Source: Octopus bimaculoides
Taxonomy: Eukaryota
Assembly (NCBI RefSeq): GCF_001194135.2
Contig: NC_068986.1
Span: 23,825,346 to 23,850,018, forward strand
Length of the DNA: 24,673 bases
Direction of reading: 5' to 3'
Below, piece after piece: positions 1 to 10,110 of this stretch; the first letter of the stretch is position 1, and every line of letters begins with the position of its first letter. Position numbers and translations under genes: made by a program. Under the pieces are notes generated by a model that was not told the DNA's origin, did no database searches, and saw nothing but the letters and a program-made list of their open reading frames with translations.

Positions 1-1328
1 ATAAAGTAGATGAACTATTCTTCGTGTTGTAATTTGATTGATTTCTTCATACTTTTTCCCCGCATTCTCTTCTGTTCCCATAAAGTGTGTTACTCCCAGT
101 GTAAGGGTCGTTATTCAATCAATACATTCCAATAAGATTTCTTTGGTTGGTCTTTATCCTTGAAGAAGCCAGGAACACTATTAAATCTAAGATTGCATCT
201 AATAAGATCCCACCAACCTTGAAATGGGTGTCTCTCACGAGGCTCCTCCATCATGATAAAGTTCGCTTAGCTTTCTGTTTGTCATTCAAAACGGAAGAAC
301 GCCAAATAGGCCATTTTCAATGTATTTCCCTCAGAATGAATCGATTTCAGCATAAAATTCAGTCAGCTCATAAGCTCTGCGATCTTGCTGTGCAATTCTT
401 ACTGAGACAGGTTGAAGACCATGGATACTTGGTGAATGATGTCCTGTTTCCTTCATGCCTAACCTAAGAATTTTAATGATGGCCTTAACGAGACTACTAG
501 GAAACTGAAGAAGCATTTTGAGAAATTGGCACTAGAACCAATAAAATGTCTTTTTGTATTTAGAAAATAATTTCATGTTTTCAGTTCAAATTTATATGGA
601 AACATATTTGTCATTCATCAGATCTCGTTCGATTAAATGAATATTTTAAAATATAGAAATTCATAGTTGTTTATTGTATCATTCATATCACCAACAAATC
701 ACGGTGCTTGCTTTATCAAATATGTCACCATTTCGTATACATTCCTTATTGTTTGGCTATGGATCAACGTTGATAAATTAAGCATAAGGTGAAGGATTGC
801 TATCCGTAACCATCTTGTCTATTATTTTGATGAATCTAGAACGTTGCTAAACTTGTCCTTTCTGTTTTAAGACGTGTGTTTGTGATGTGAGGAAGTTAGT
901 TCTTCTATTTCTAGGAGGTTCAGAGCGTGCACGATCTCTGTATTTTCATTTGACAATTTAAAGAAATCAGCGGGAGAATGTTCAGAGAAGAATGCTCTGG
1001 TAGCTTTGCTTTACGTAGTTTGCCCAGATTCCTAAGAGAATCATGTCTCAACACTTCAAATTGACTTGTTAATTAATCACTACTTACATAGCTTAACTAT
1101 AATTTATAGTCAAGCTAACACGCGTATCTTTATAGAAATGTATTACATCAGTAATGTTGTTCATTAACTAGTTATTACTACTAATTCATTATTATTTATG
1201 ATTTATTTTACTTTGGTATAAATGTATTTAGCGAAGCGGTAAAGTAGATTCAATTGATCTTAGTTTATTACCGCACATAGGTCATCTACAATGTAATAAA
1301 CGTTATACTGAACTAAGTTTCAAATGAC

Positions 1329-1333
<5 letters not shown>

Positions 1334-1392
<59 letters not shown>
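1334..1392. repeat. (TA)n microsatellite
   Basis: Perfect dinucleotide run. Confidence 0.95.
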
Positions 1393-1394
<2 letters not shown>

Positions 1395-1540
1395 CCCTCT
1401 GGCCGTCTCCCCGGCTGTCTCACTATTATATCTAGCCATCTAACCATGTATACTTATTTATATATATATATTGAATTCATTGATATAGCTATACATGTGG
1501 TTATGGCTATGCTCGTTTGTATGTGTGTTTCTTAAGAAAG

Positions 1541-1548
1541 CTTCCATG
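1541..1548. repeat. Left target-site duplication (cttccatg) of the hAT element
   Basis: Identical to 5312-5319 and directly abuts the TIR. Confidence 0.92.
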
Positions 1549-1740
1549 CAGGTTTGCCAAACGTATTTTGATGAAAGTACCAAATTTACCAAACTAAAAG
1601 TGCCAGATTTTGCCCATAAAGTACCAATATGTAAATTTGTAATTTTTTGCCTGTAAATCAACTGAAATGCATAATATATATTCTTTATAATATTCAGAGT
1701 ATTACTTTAAATGACCTGCACATATTTAATGTACTCACTT

Positions 1741-2022
1741 TATAATTAGAAGTTTGCATCGTCAATAGGGTGAGGTTCCTCTTTGTATCAATGTCCTTGT
1801 CCTTCTTGTAATTGAGTACAAATCTTTGCATCGGGTGTATAAGTTGTGTAGTTTCGATCACGGAGAAGACTTAGTGAATGTAGCAGTGTATTGATTGTTT
1901 GGGTATGCTGCTTAGATCTATTGTTGACTTAAAAGTTATTTAGGACTGACAATATTCTTTCCGCTGTAGCTGAAGAATGTGGTAATAACAGGAGGTGAAA
2001 CATAAAGAATCATAGGACCGGA
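1741..2022 (-). repeat. 282-bp segment, native copy (hAT dimerisation-domain region)
   Basis: Matches 2892-3173 with 3 substitutions in 282 bp by eye. It lies at the natural 3' end of the transposase. Confidence 0.95.
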
Positions 2023-4020
2023 TAACGAGCTTCATCTCCACATTTTCCCTTAGAAATGTTTTCCAATAATCTCCTGGTTTGATTGCTTCATTTATGCCAT
2101 TGTTATCTTGAAGTTTAAGTTCTCTTTATTGTTTACTAACAGCTTCAATCTGACTCTCCTGAACAATATTTAGAAATTTGCACGCCAGAGGAACAACAGA
2201 ACTTCGACCATTGTAATCACGAATGAATACTAACTGGATGTAGTGCCTGTAGAAGCTTCAGATTATGGAAGAATTCTTATGCAAAGAAGCGCTGAAAAAT
2301 TCCTTCCCAAGGCGCACATAAAAATTTAATGTTTTCAAATGAAATTATTTCAATTCAGTTGTACTAATAGATGAAGCTTTCTTTATGTAGATGCTTTCCA
2401 CATTTGCACCTCTGTAAATTTCAGTTATGGGAAGAGACATTGATGGATCATTGATGTTAATTTCATGTAGCTCTTTATTTCTTAAAATCTACTTTTTAAC
2501 AAAATTGCCAAGTATTCCCTTAACAGTACATGTAACAGATTTGTGCAGTTTGTGCATTCTATAGATTTCTGATTTGAAATCTAAGTTCAACTTAATAATA
2601 TCTGGCAAATATATATGCTATACATCCATCTCTGTGATTGGATTTGTTAATGAGTTCAGCACATTTGAAGATGCACTGTTTTTATTTTCAATAGCAGCAG
2701 TAGCAAAGAATAACACTAGAGTAGGCCACTGTTCTAGTATTCTTTTGACAATCTGTTCTAAAGATATCCGCATTGTATAACTTACATGTAATAAGTTATG
2801 AGGATTTGTTGAATAAATGCCGAAATTCTTCATATTCCTGCAGTCTCTTTGGGCTATTTGAAAGGAATGAATACATGCTTCTAGCAAGTTCTATAATTAG
2901 AAGTTTGCATCGTCAATAGGGTGAGGTTCCTCTTTGTATCAATGTCCTTGTCCTTCTTGTAATTGAGTACAAATCTTTGCATCGGGTGTATAAGTTGTGT
3001 AGTTTCGATCACGGAGAAGACTTAGTGAATGTAGCAGTTTATTGATTGTTTGGGTATGCTGCTTAGACCTATTGTTGACTTTAAAGTTATTTAGGACTGA
3101 CAATATTCTTTCCGCTGTAGCTGAAGAATGTGGTAATAACAGGAGGTGAAACATAAAGAATCATAGGACCGGAGGTAATTCTGAACATGCCTTTGATGCA
3201 CATATATGCATAGAGTGACAGACATAATCGTGACTAAAGTGAGAAGGAACTTTGTTCTTCAGTAATGCCTGCACACCGCCCTTCTGTCCCCTCATTTTCA
3301 CTGGCAAATCCTATCAAATTTTCAAACGGAATATCATGTAAGGTAAAGATTCTTTCAATAGAGGAAAAAAAATCCATTAACAGAGCAATCCTTGGCTTCC
3401 AAAAGAATTAAATAACTATCAATAATTCTTTGAGTGCTACAATCATAAAATCTAGCTAACAGAACATGCTGTTTATTTGTACTTACATCAGTAGTTTCAT
3501 CAACAATTAATGAAAACTTGCAGTCTTTGAAATGTGTTATGAGGTTTTCAAGGTAATAAGGACCTATATTTGAGTGGCTTTGGTTCTTGCACATCTAATA
3601 TCTTTAGCTATTTTGGAATCAGGACATACATTCTGAATTAGTCCAGATAAATGATCCATAATTCTCACTGGTAAGTTATGTTCTGCAATGAAGGAAAAAA
3701 GCTTAAGCTCCGTAGCTGCTGCGTTTGTAATATGAACAGAAGTTCTTGGCTGCAAAAAGTCGGTCAGGTTTCCACTTTTATTTTCTTAATAAACATTTTT
3801 AATAAGTTTATCCGTTTTTCCGTGCCTCTCCAGATGAGTTACACAGAATTGAATTTCACGATAAAATTTACAGTATGCTGTTTCGATATTTGTTTTACTT
3901 GGTTCTAACCATGATGAAAATCGAGAATCCAATAAAACTTTTGTTTGATAATTTTTGATTGTATTGTTTAATTCTTTCCTTTGACAGAGTTAAACTTAAG
4001 TCAATTTCATCACTGCTTTT
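1788..4020 (-). pseudogene. Decayed hAT transposase (BED-like N-terminus, DDE core, C-terminal dimerisation domain)
   Basis: Frameshifted pieces lie in the expected order on the minus strand: SSDEIDLSLTLSKERIKQYNQK; SWLEPSKTNIETAYCKF; FIAEHNLP...DHL...CPDSKIAKDIRCARTKATQI; FSLIVDETTDVST (first catalytic D); VCHSMHICASKAC (CxxH motif); ELARSMYSFLSNSPKRLQEYEEF; KRILEQWPTL; LLLPHSSATAERI (hATC domain, catalytic E). Several stops and frameshifts. Confidence 0.9.
2892..3173 (-). repeat. 282-bp segment, ectopic copy inserted in the middle of the transposase
   Basis: Direct repeat of 1741-2022. It splits the otherwise contiguous reading ...SKACSELP / ELARSMYSF.... Confidence 0.93.
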
Positions 4021-5195
4021 ATGGTATTTGCTTTACGATGGCTTATGTCTAACGATAACAGCAGTCGTCTCACACTGTTTCCAACAAACCCTCTACATCC
4101 GACTTCAATTGGAAAATGCTCCACTTTCCAGTCTGCGTCTTCACATTCCTCGAGGAGGTTTACATAACGGTCAGTCTTTCGAGCCTGAGCGGTGTCTATG
4201 TTATCTTCTTGAGGAACTCGACTAGATTGACAACTTTCTTTCTTTAACACCACATTTAAATATCCGGTTTTTCGTAACTAGGATGGAAAAGAGACCCTTG
4301 CACCCTGGTAAATCTGCAGTCATCTTCCAATAGCCGTTCCATTTTTCATCGTTCACAGGAAGTTTGTTGTTCTTCTTCTTGAAGCGGATCCGCTGTCCTG
4401 TGCGTACGAAGATAATGAAATCTCTAGTTGGTACTTTCAAGGATTTTCTTCAGCTATACCAGCTGAATGCTAGCGAACAGTTGAAAAGAATATGTTTAAG
4501 TGTTCCGACCTTTCTGCATTTGCATATATCATTCTCTGAGACGTTCAGTTCCATCTAACTAGATTTGCAGGTGATAGCAACACATCATAAGATGAAGGGG
4601 TCAGAAAACATACCTCATCCCAACTTACTTTCTTGTCAACAACATGTCCCTCCCATCTTGTCATCTGTCCTTGTTGAAATTATTGGATAAAATGAAGCTC
4701 TCTTATCTTTGCTTCCCTCATTTTGACGCTGTTGCTAGCAACCGATCTGAGTTCGTTCCACATCATACTTACACACGGTCTGAATCGATCTGCGCCAAAA
4801 ACCAAGTCCTTTCCGATGATTTTGCGTTGCACCCACCATATCTCGGTGTGTAAGAGAAGACAGGATATTGTCAGTCTCTGCTTCTGCTTTCCAATTCCTG
4901 CCTGTTTTTTTCCACATTTGTTGGATTACACCTGATTTCGATGTCCTTAGACTCTCTCAGCATCACCACCGTTCGTACCTTCCCTAGTTTATATATTTCA
5001 ACTATTGACGCTAGTGGTAACTGCAACGAGCCTCTTTTACAATAAAGAGCTGAACTGCTCAATATCGGAGGTAGCCCTAGCCACTTTCTAATTTACAGTT
5101 TTGTTCAATGATTTGAACTTGTGACAATGCTATCTCGTACATTAAAAGTGGCCACAAAAGTCGTGAATACAAGCCGATCTGTAAACATAAATTTT
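4021..5195 (-). mobile_element. R2/Hero-clade non-LTR retrotransposon fragment (RT C-terminus, CCHC knuckle, restriction-like endonuclease), truncated at both ends, nested in the hAT
   Basis: Minus-strand motifs: GLYSRLLWPLLMYEI; RKWLGLPPILSSSALY...LQLP; KTGRNWKAEAE...LTHRDMVGATQNHRKGLG; YDVLLSPANLVRW...CKCRKVGTLKHILFNC; VPQEDNIDTAQARKTDRY...WKVEHFPIEVGCRGF. These match Hero-type ORFs as I know them. Frameshifted. Boundaries are approximate to about 10 bp. Confidence 0.85.
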
Positions 5196-5311
5196 TCAAA
5201 AAGCGCAAAGATTTGAAAAAAAGCACCAAGTTATTGCAGCATACTTCCAAAAGTATTACGGCACACTAAAACTACCAAATTTGGTATAATACTACCAGGT
5301 TCGGCAGCCTG

Positions 5312-5319
5312 CTTCCATG
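5312..5319. repeat. Right target-site duplication (cttccatg) of the hAT element
   Basis: Identical to 1541-1548 and directly abuts the TIR. Confidence 0.92.
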
Positions 5320-7760
5320 TACTTAACAATATATGAAAATGCGTATAAGACGCATATATTTAGAACTATCGTCAGAAACAGAAGTAAGGTTATACTTATC
5401 TTATAGTCCCATCCCCGTAAATTCGTGAAAAGCCTACCTGATATTTAAGTTAGAGCATTGTTGTACAACAGATACAATAATCTTGAGTGCAAACAATTCG
5501 CTTCCTTTTTTTTATACGATCTGCAAAACATTCCTTCAGTTTCTGAAAATAGATTTTTATTCGTAACTCCATCATTTCTGAACTTCGATCCTTTCATGCG
5601 ATATTGATTTATTCAGTTATGCATCTTTCTCGAATACACCGAAATTTATGATAATGAGTTTTTCGGTTGAGCTCATTCCCACTACGCACGATTATAGCAA
5701 AGGTAAATAAGGTGAATACTTAGAAATACGGTGAATACTTTACCATAGTAAAGGTGAATACTTCACTAAACATTCCTCAATTATCGTTCTTCAAGCAAAT
5801 ACGTTTTAGAAATTTTGATCTGCAACATAAGTCATACCACGGGGAGAAACCTCTGGAGTATTGCACACAATATATAATTGTTATTATTAGCAATTTCATT
5901 TGATTCTTAAGGCCACTTAGGATCACAAAGATACGGCATTAAAATCCCTTCTTTCCAATGTTCCTTAGTCTTTCAAAATTTCCATGTGCGTGAGAGTAAA
6001 TTTAGAATTATGTGATTCGTGACATAATGCACGCAATTGTTGTTTGATCTGTATTTAGATTATCGATACGTACGCGATGTCCGTGAATAAACTGGACTTT
6101 ATTTTTGACAACTAAACGTCTATTTATGCAATCCATCAGAGATGAAACGCAATATCGACCCACATTATTTTGGATGTCGGAAATCGGGAGCGCCAAACAA
6201 TCAAACGCAATAATAATGATAACTAATATAGATACAAGATCACAAAATTACGAAGGGTAGATCTAGAGCCTATTAAATGGTGGTCAGTAATCAAAATACA
6301 AGAGGTACGATATTTTATCGAACTGGGAAGGATTAAATATAAACTTCACCGTGATTCGAACTGGAAAAGTAACTGTTTTGTAATTTAATATCGCAAAAAA
6401 TTTCGTCTGTTGTTGATTTTGTAGCCAGATACCAATATTCGATATGGCTTTCTGCAAAATATGAAACCACCATCACAATAATATATGCAAAAATGTAATT
6501 ATTTGTTTTGATTTAATATAAAACCAATTTCGAATGAAAAAATCGCGTTAATTGATTAGACTATTTACTGTGCTGCATTATACAGTATTACTGTACAGCA
6601 TTGTATTTTGTTATTTCATATCATCTATAAAAAGGAAAGTGAATTTCACTCCAACAAAACTTGCCACTGCAATTTTTAAGGGTCGCAAGCAACACTTCTT
6701 AAGGAGTTCATTTTACAATTACATGGTTTCGGGTTGATACCCATTTTGCGTCACTTAATGCATAATTCTTCTGCGGTTTCTAAGTGAAATTTGTTCAACG
6801 GAAACTGTACTGAAGCCTATCGAAAGACCATTCTTATTTTTGAGTCGTAGACAAATTATTAACCAAATCTGGCCCCTACGGTGAATTAAGAGGAGCCCAT
6901 TCTGTTGCAACAACTTAGGCCGTGTCACCCGTCTGGGACAGCCCCTTTTTTTTTACCTCTACAAATCTGAAGAGAGTCATAATCATTGGTCTTCCACTTT
7001 TAAAAGAAATTTTGAAAAGAAGAGAAAAAAAATCAGTTAGAATTTCTTTTGGTGTAGTACAAAGATTGTTTTGCAAAGGAAAACTTATAGAAGCATTTGA
7101 AGTGGAACCAGTGCATTACTTGTGGTTATTACATCAATTTCGCAAAGGAAAGAGACAGATTATACCCCAGCATAATTTAACATAAAATCTATGATAAACT
7201 GACTGAGATATTAAGTTTTACTATGAAATAACAGCTGAAACAAATTAAAGCAGCTATTATTAAATTAGTGTTGTATTAGCAATAAAAATTGAATTCTGTA
7301 TCTAGAATATAGCAAGATCTGACTTTCATAAATGAGCTATAGTGTAGCACAGAATATTCTCTGGAGATGGAAAACTGTTTACCTGAAATTGTCATGAAAT
7401 TGCTTACATTGAAAGGAAACAAATCAAGTGTTGGGTTCAAAGTTGTTTTGAACGTATTACTATTCTAGAGCAATAAATGATTCTTATTGTATTCTGAGAT
7501 GTTTAGAGAAATAAGACCGAAAGTGTTCATGTTAATGACTTATCCCATAATACTGAAACATGTACGGTTACAATGAATGATCAAACCACAAAGAGGAAGA
7601 ATCCAGGCTTTGTAACAACAATAATGATAAAAGTATCATGTTTTTTTCCCTTGGCACAACATTATACGAATCACTGCATTGATATATAAAATAATACTAT
7701 ACATCCACACGCATGGACTTAAAGAAGTATGCAACACGCACACGCATACAGTAATGAAGT

Positions 7761-8165
7761 AGGCATAGGTGTGTGAATAAAGAGTTTAGTTTGCAATCAA
7801 GTGGTTACCAGTTCAGTCCAACAGTGTGGTACGGAAGGGAAATGACTTCTATTATTGCAACGGGCCGATCAATGCCTGGGAAATGAATTCGGTCGGCGGA
7901 AACTAAGTGGAAACTCGTTGTAGCCACGAATATGAGATTCGTTTCTGTTTTTGTCTCAACACTCTCTTAAAATTGGTGCAGATTTGATTATGACCCTGCA
8001 CTGTTGCGGTTCGGCAAAATAGAATGATAGAATGAGTAGGAGACTTTAAAGAAAATAAACAGTGTGGACGATTGGTCTGATTAAGCCTTTCAAGTCGTTT
8101 CCTCCAGCATGGCCGCAGTCGGATGCCCGAAACAAGTAAAACAACACAAAAGAATATAAAAGATA
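7761..8165 (+). mobile_element. Diverged, near full-length octopus-type tRNA-derived SINE
   Basis: Degenerate head (gtggttaccagttcagtcc), middle (gggccgatcaatgcc...ggcggaaact) and tail (gcggttcggcaaaa...gatagaatgagta...ctccagcatggccgcagtc...gaaacaagtaaaa). Colinear with the other copies in this window (18671-19142, 21631-21715, 22396-22585). Confidence 0.8.
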
Positions 8166-8699
8166 AACATATATATTTTTTTATATATAACACGAAATAT
8201 TGATCAGTTAAACAAAATATAAATGCATTGGAAAATATTTTCTATGAAGGAGAAATGGAAATTCTCTTGTTGATGGAACAAACATGGCCGTAATCATAAC
8301 GAAAAGACTGACATTTGTTAAGAGTGTAGATACAAATGTTTATCTACCTACCAGGTTGTTATCTTATTGTGAATTCATCCTGTGGCTTTTAATGTGGATT
8401 CTCTGTAACTTAAACTTGCAAGTTATGCAAATTACTTCTGTTCTTATGAAGTGATCTATCCCATCATGATTCGATCTATATACAAGAATTGACTACAGGA
8501 ATATGAAGTAAATTATAAATAATAGCTGTAAGGTGGTATTTGTATATTTACTCTGGTTGTGCCAATGGCTGTGTCCCGTTGGCTATCACGTTTTCCTGGT
8601 CACTAAGAGATGATGGTGATTTGATTATCTTGTTTTATTATTTTTACTTGCAAAGTATTGTTTACAAATATAGACCGATTAATATTGTTCCACCGCACG

Positions 8700-8707
8700 C
8701 ACACTCA

Positions 8708-8749
<42 letters not shown>

Positions 8750-8759
8750 NNNNNNNNNN
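8700..8759. repeat. (CA)n microsatellite ending in a 10-N gap
   Basis: Seen directly; N at 8750-8759. Confidence 0.95.
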
Positions 8760-9529
8760 ACTTTCTGTATCCCTTTGTTTCTATATCACACACATATATT
8801 TATCCATATACGTGTATATGAAGGCATTCACACAAATACACAAATACACAATTATTCGAGCAACGAGTTATTCTAAAAAGCGTTGCCTGAAGCGAAATAA
8901 GAAATAAACAGCAAATAAAAACGCCTAGTTTTCTGGTAAGACGTTACGAACTGCTTAGTAGTTAAATGTAAACATGGCTGCGTTGCTAGAGAATAAATTT
9001 CTACAAGAACCATAATGGGAGATTATGGTTATTAACTACGTGTAGGATAAAGTAAGAAGAAAACCAACTACATAGACAAAAGTGGGAAACAAAATATTGT
9101 GTTTACGCTGTCGAAATAAAATTATTTAAAAATATAAGGTTAATACGAGTTACTGAGAACATAATCTATTTGAAAGCAAAGAGAAATATAGAGTTAATTT
9201 TATGGTAAGATATGGGGGCTTTATTTGCTGCAGCAATCTTGAGATATAGTCAGGTATTTAAAAAGTTTGCATCGCAACTAAGTTGTTGTAAGATCGCTCA
9301 CGCTAAAGAACAGTTTGGGTTAATAACTGGTTCAATAACCCCGAGAGGACCAATGTAACGTAAACATATAAATTTCGTAGAGAATCAGATTGGAATATTC
9401 ATAAATATATAAGCAACACCGGCTCCATCTTCTTTTCATTTCAATAGCGCAAGATATGAAGCGGTCTTGAAAGCTATAAATATAGTCTTTCTCTTGTAAG
9501 CTGTGTAGGAAATGTCATTTCAATATATC

Positions 9530-9710
9530 AAGGTGGTGAACTGTCAGAATTGTTAGCGGGATTTCGTCCGTCTTTACGTTCCGAGTTCAAATTGCGCCAA
9601 GGTGGACTTTACCGTTCGGGATGGATACAATAAGTACCTGTTAAATACTGGGGTTGATGTATTCAACTTACCCTTTCTCAGGAATTTCTGGCATTTAGCC
9701 AAAATTTGAA
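9530..9710 (+). mobile_element. CORE-type SINE (octopus OR-like), internally deleted
   Basis: aaggtggtgaactgtcagaattgttagc...tttacgttccgagttcaaatt (tRNA A/B-box-like) followed by a CORE-like block, gataCaataagtacc...tactggggttgatgtattcaact. Confidence 0.72.
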
Positions 9711-10110
9711 TTCAATATATCAAAGTGTTTTAAGAGACGCTGAAGATTCACACATTTTCTCTTACCTCAATAGTTATATAATACACGCCATCTTTCTTTC
9801 TAACCTTATTTTCACCCACATCCCTAATTTACGTCTCCTCCAACTCTGTTTCATGGTCACTTCTTTTCACTTTTAACAGTTCACGGATTATTTTCTCTCA
9901 CTTGCTTCCACCTATTCCTCCCTCTTTCTCTCATTCTTTCCTTCTCCCACTACTCATTATCAAAGGAATACTGAAGTCAATTATAGTCTCTTTAACTGAT
10001 ACTACTGCTTCACAAACACGTTTGGCCTTCGAGCAATTAATGAAATTATTATTATTAAAAATATGAAAAAAGCTATCAAATGATACACTGTAAATGCACT
10101 CGGTGATACT

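Larger units (their letters stand above)
1549..5311 (-). mobile_element. hAT-superfamily DNA transposon (Blackjack-like termini), non-autonomous and rearranged
   Basis: Perfect 8-bp flanking direct repeat cttccatg at 1541-1548 and 5312-5319. Imperfect TIRs: caggtttgccaaac (1549-1562) vs reverse complement caggctgccgaac (5299-5311). Subterminal TACCAA-type motifs at both ends. Decayed hAT transposase inside. An 8-bp TSD is the established hAT signature. Confidence 0.93.

Noticed and set aside
190-240. HPFQGWWDLI resembles SAMD9 HIFQGWKDLL as I recall it; EDFYR..W.N near 11280 also recalls SAMD9
   Set aside because: The matches are short, neighbouring SAMD9 motifs (such as the HxPGxGGTT P-loop) are absent at the expected distance, and the order is inconsistent. 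Treated as coincidence pending a search.
1329-1535. ORFs rich in YIYI, CVCV, THTH, SLSL or RERE (also around 8540-8876, 12699-12911, 13607-13839, 16317-17412, 21438-21770, 22206-23848)
   Set aside because: Translations of dinucleotide microsatellites, several running through N gaps.
6008-6270. Minus-frame SILVIIIIAFDCL, similar to the GPCR TM3 S-I-x-x-L-x-x-I-A-x-D-R-Y pattern
   Set aside because: It derives from an (ATT)n low-complexity run. No DRY, no upstream TM3 cysteine at the right spacing and no other TM segments.
6960-8300. Protein-like plus-strand patches (KLIEAFEVEPVHYLWLLHQFRK; MENCLPEIVMKLL; NALENIFYEGEMEILL)
   Set aside because: Short, in different frames, with no motif and no clear stop depletion; compatible with chance in A-rich DNA.
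8970-9415. Promoter-like motifs: YY1-like aaacatggctgcg (8970), CCAAT (9350), reverse CCAAT (9389), TATA-like (9406)
   Set aside because: No downstream ORF or exon (next ATGs give MAALLENKFLQEP* and MKRS*), and such motifs occur by chance in AT-rich DNA.
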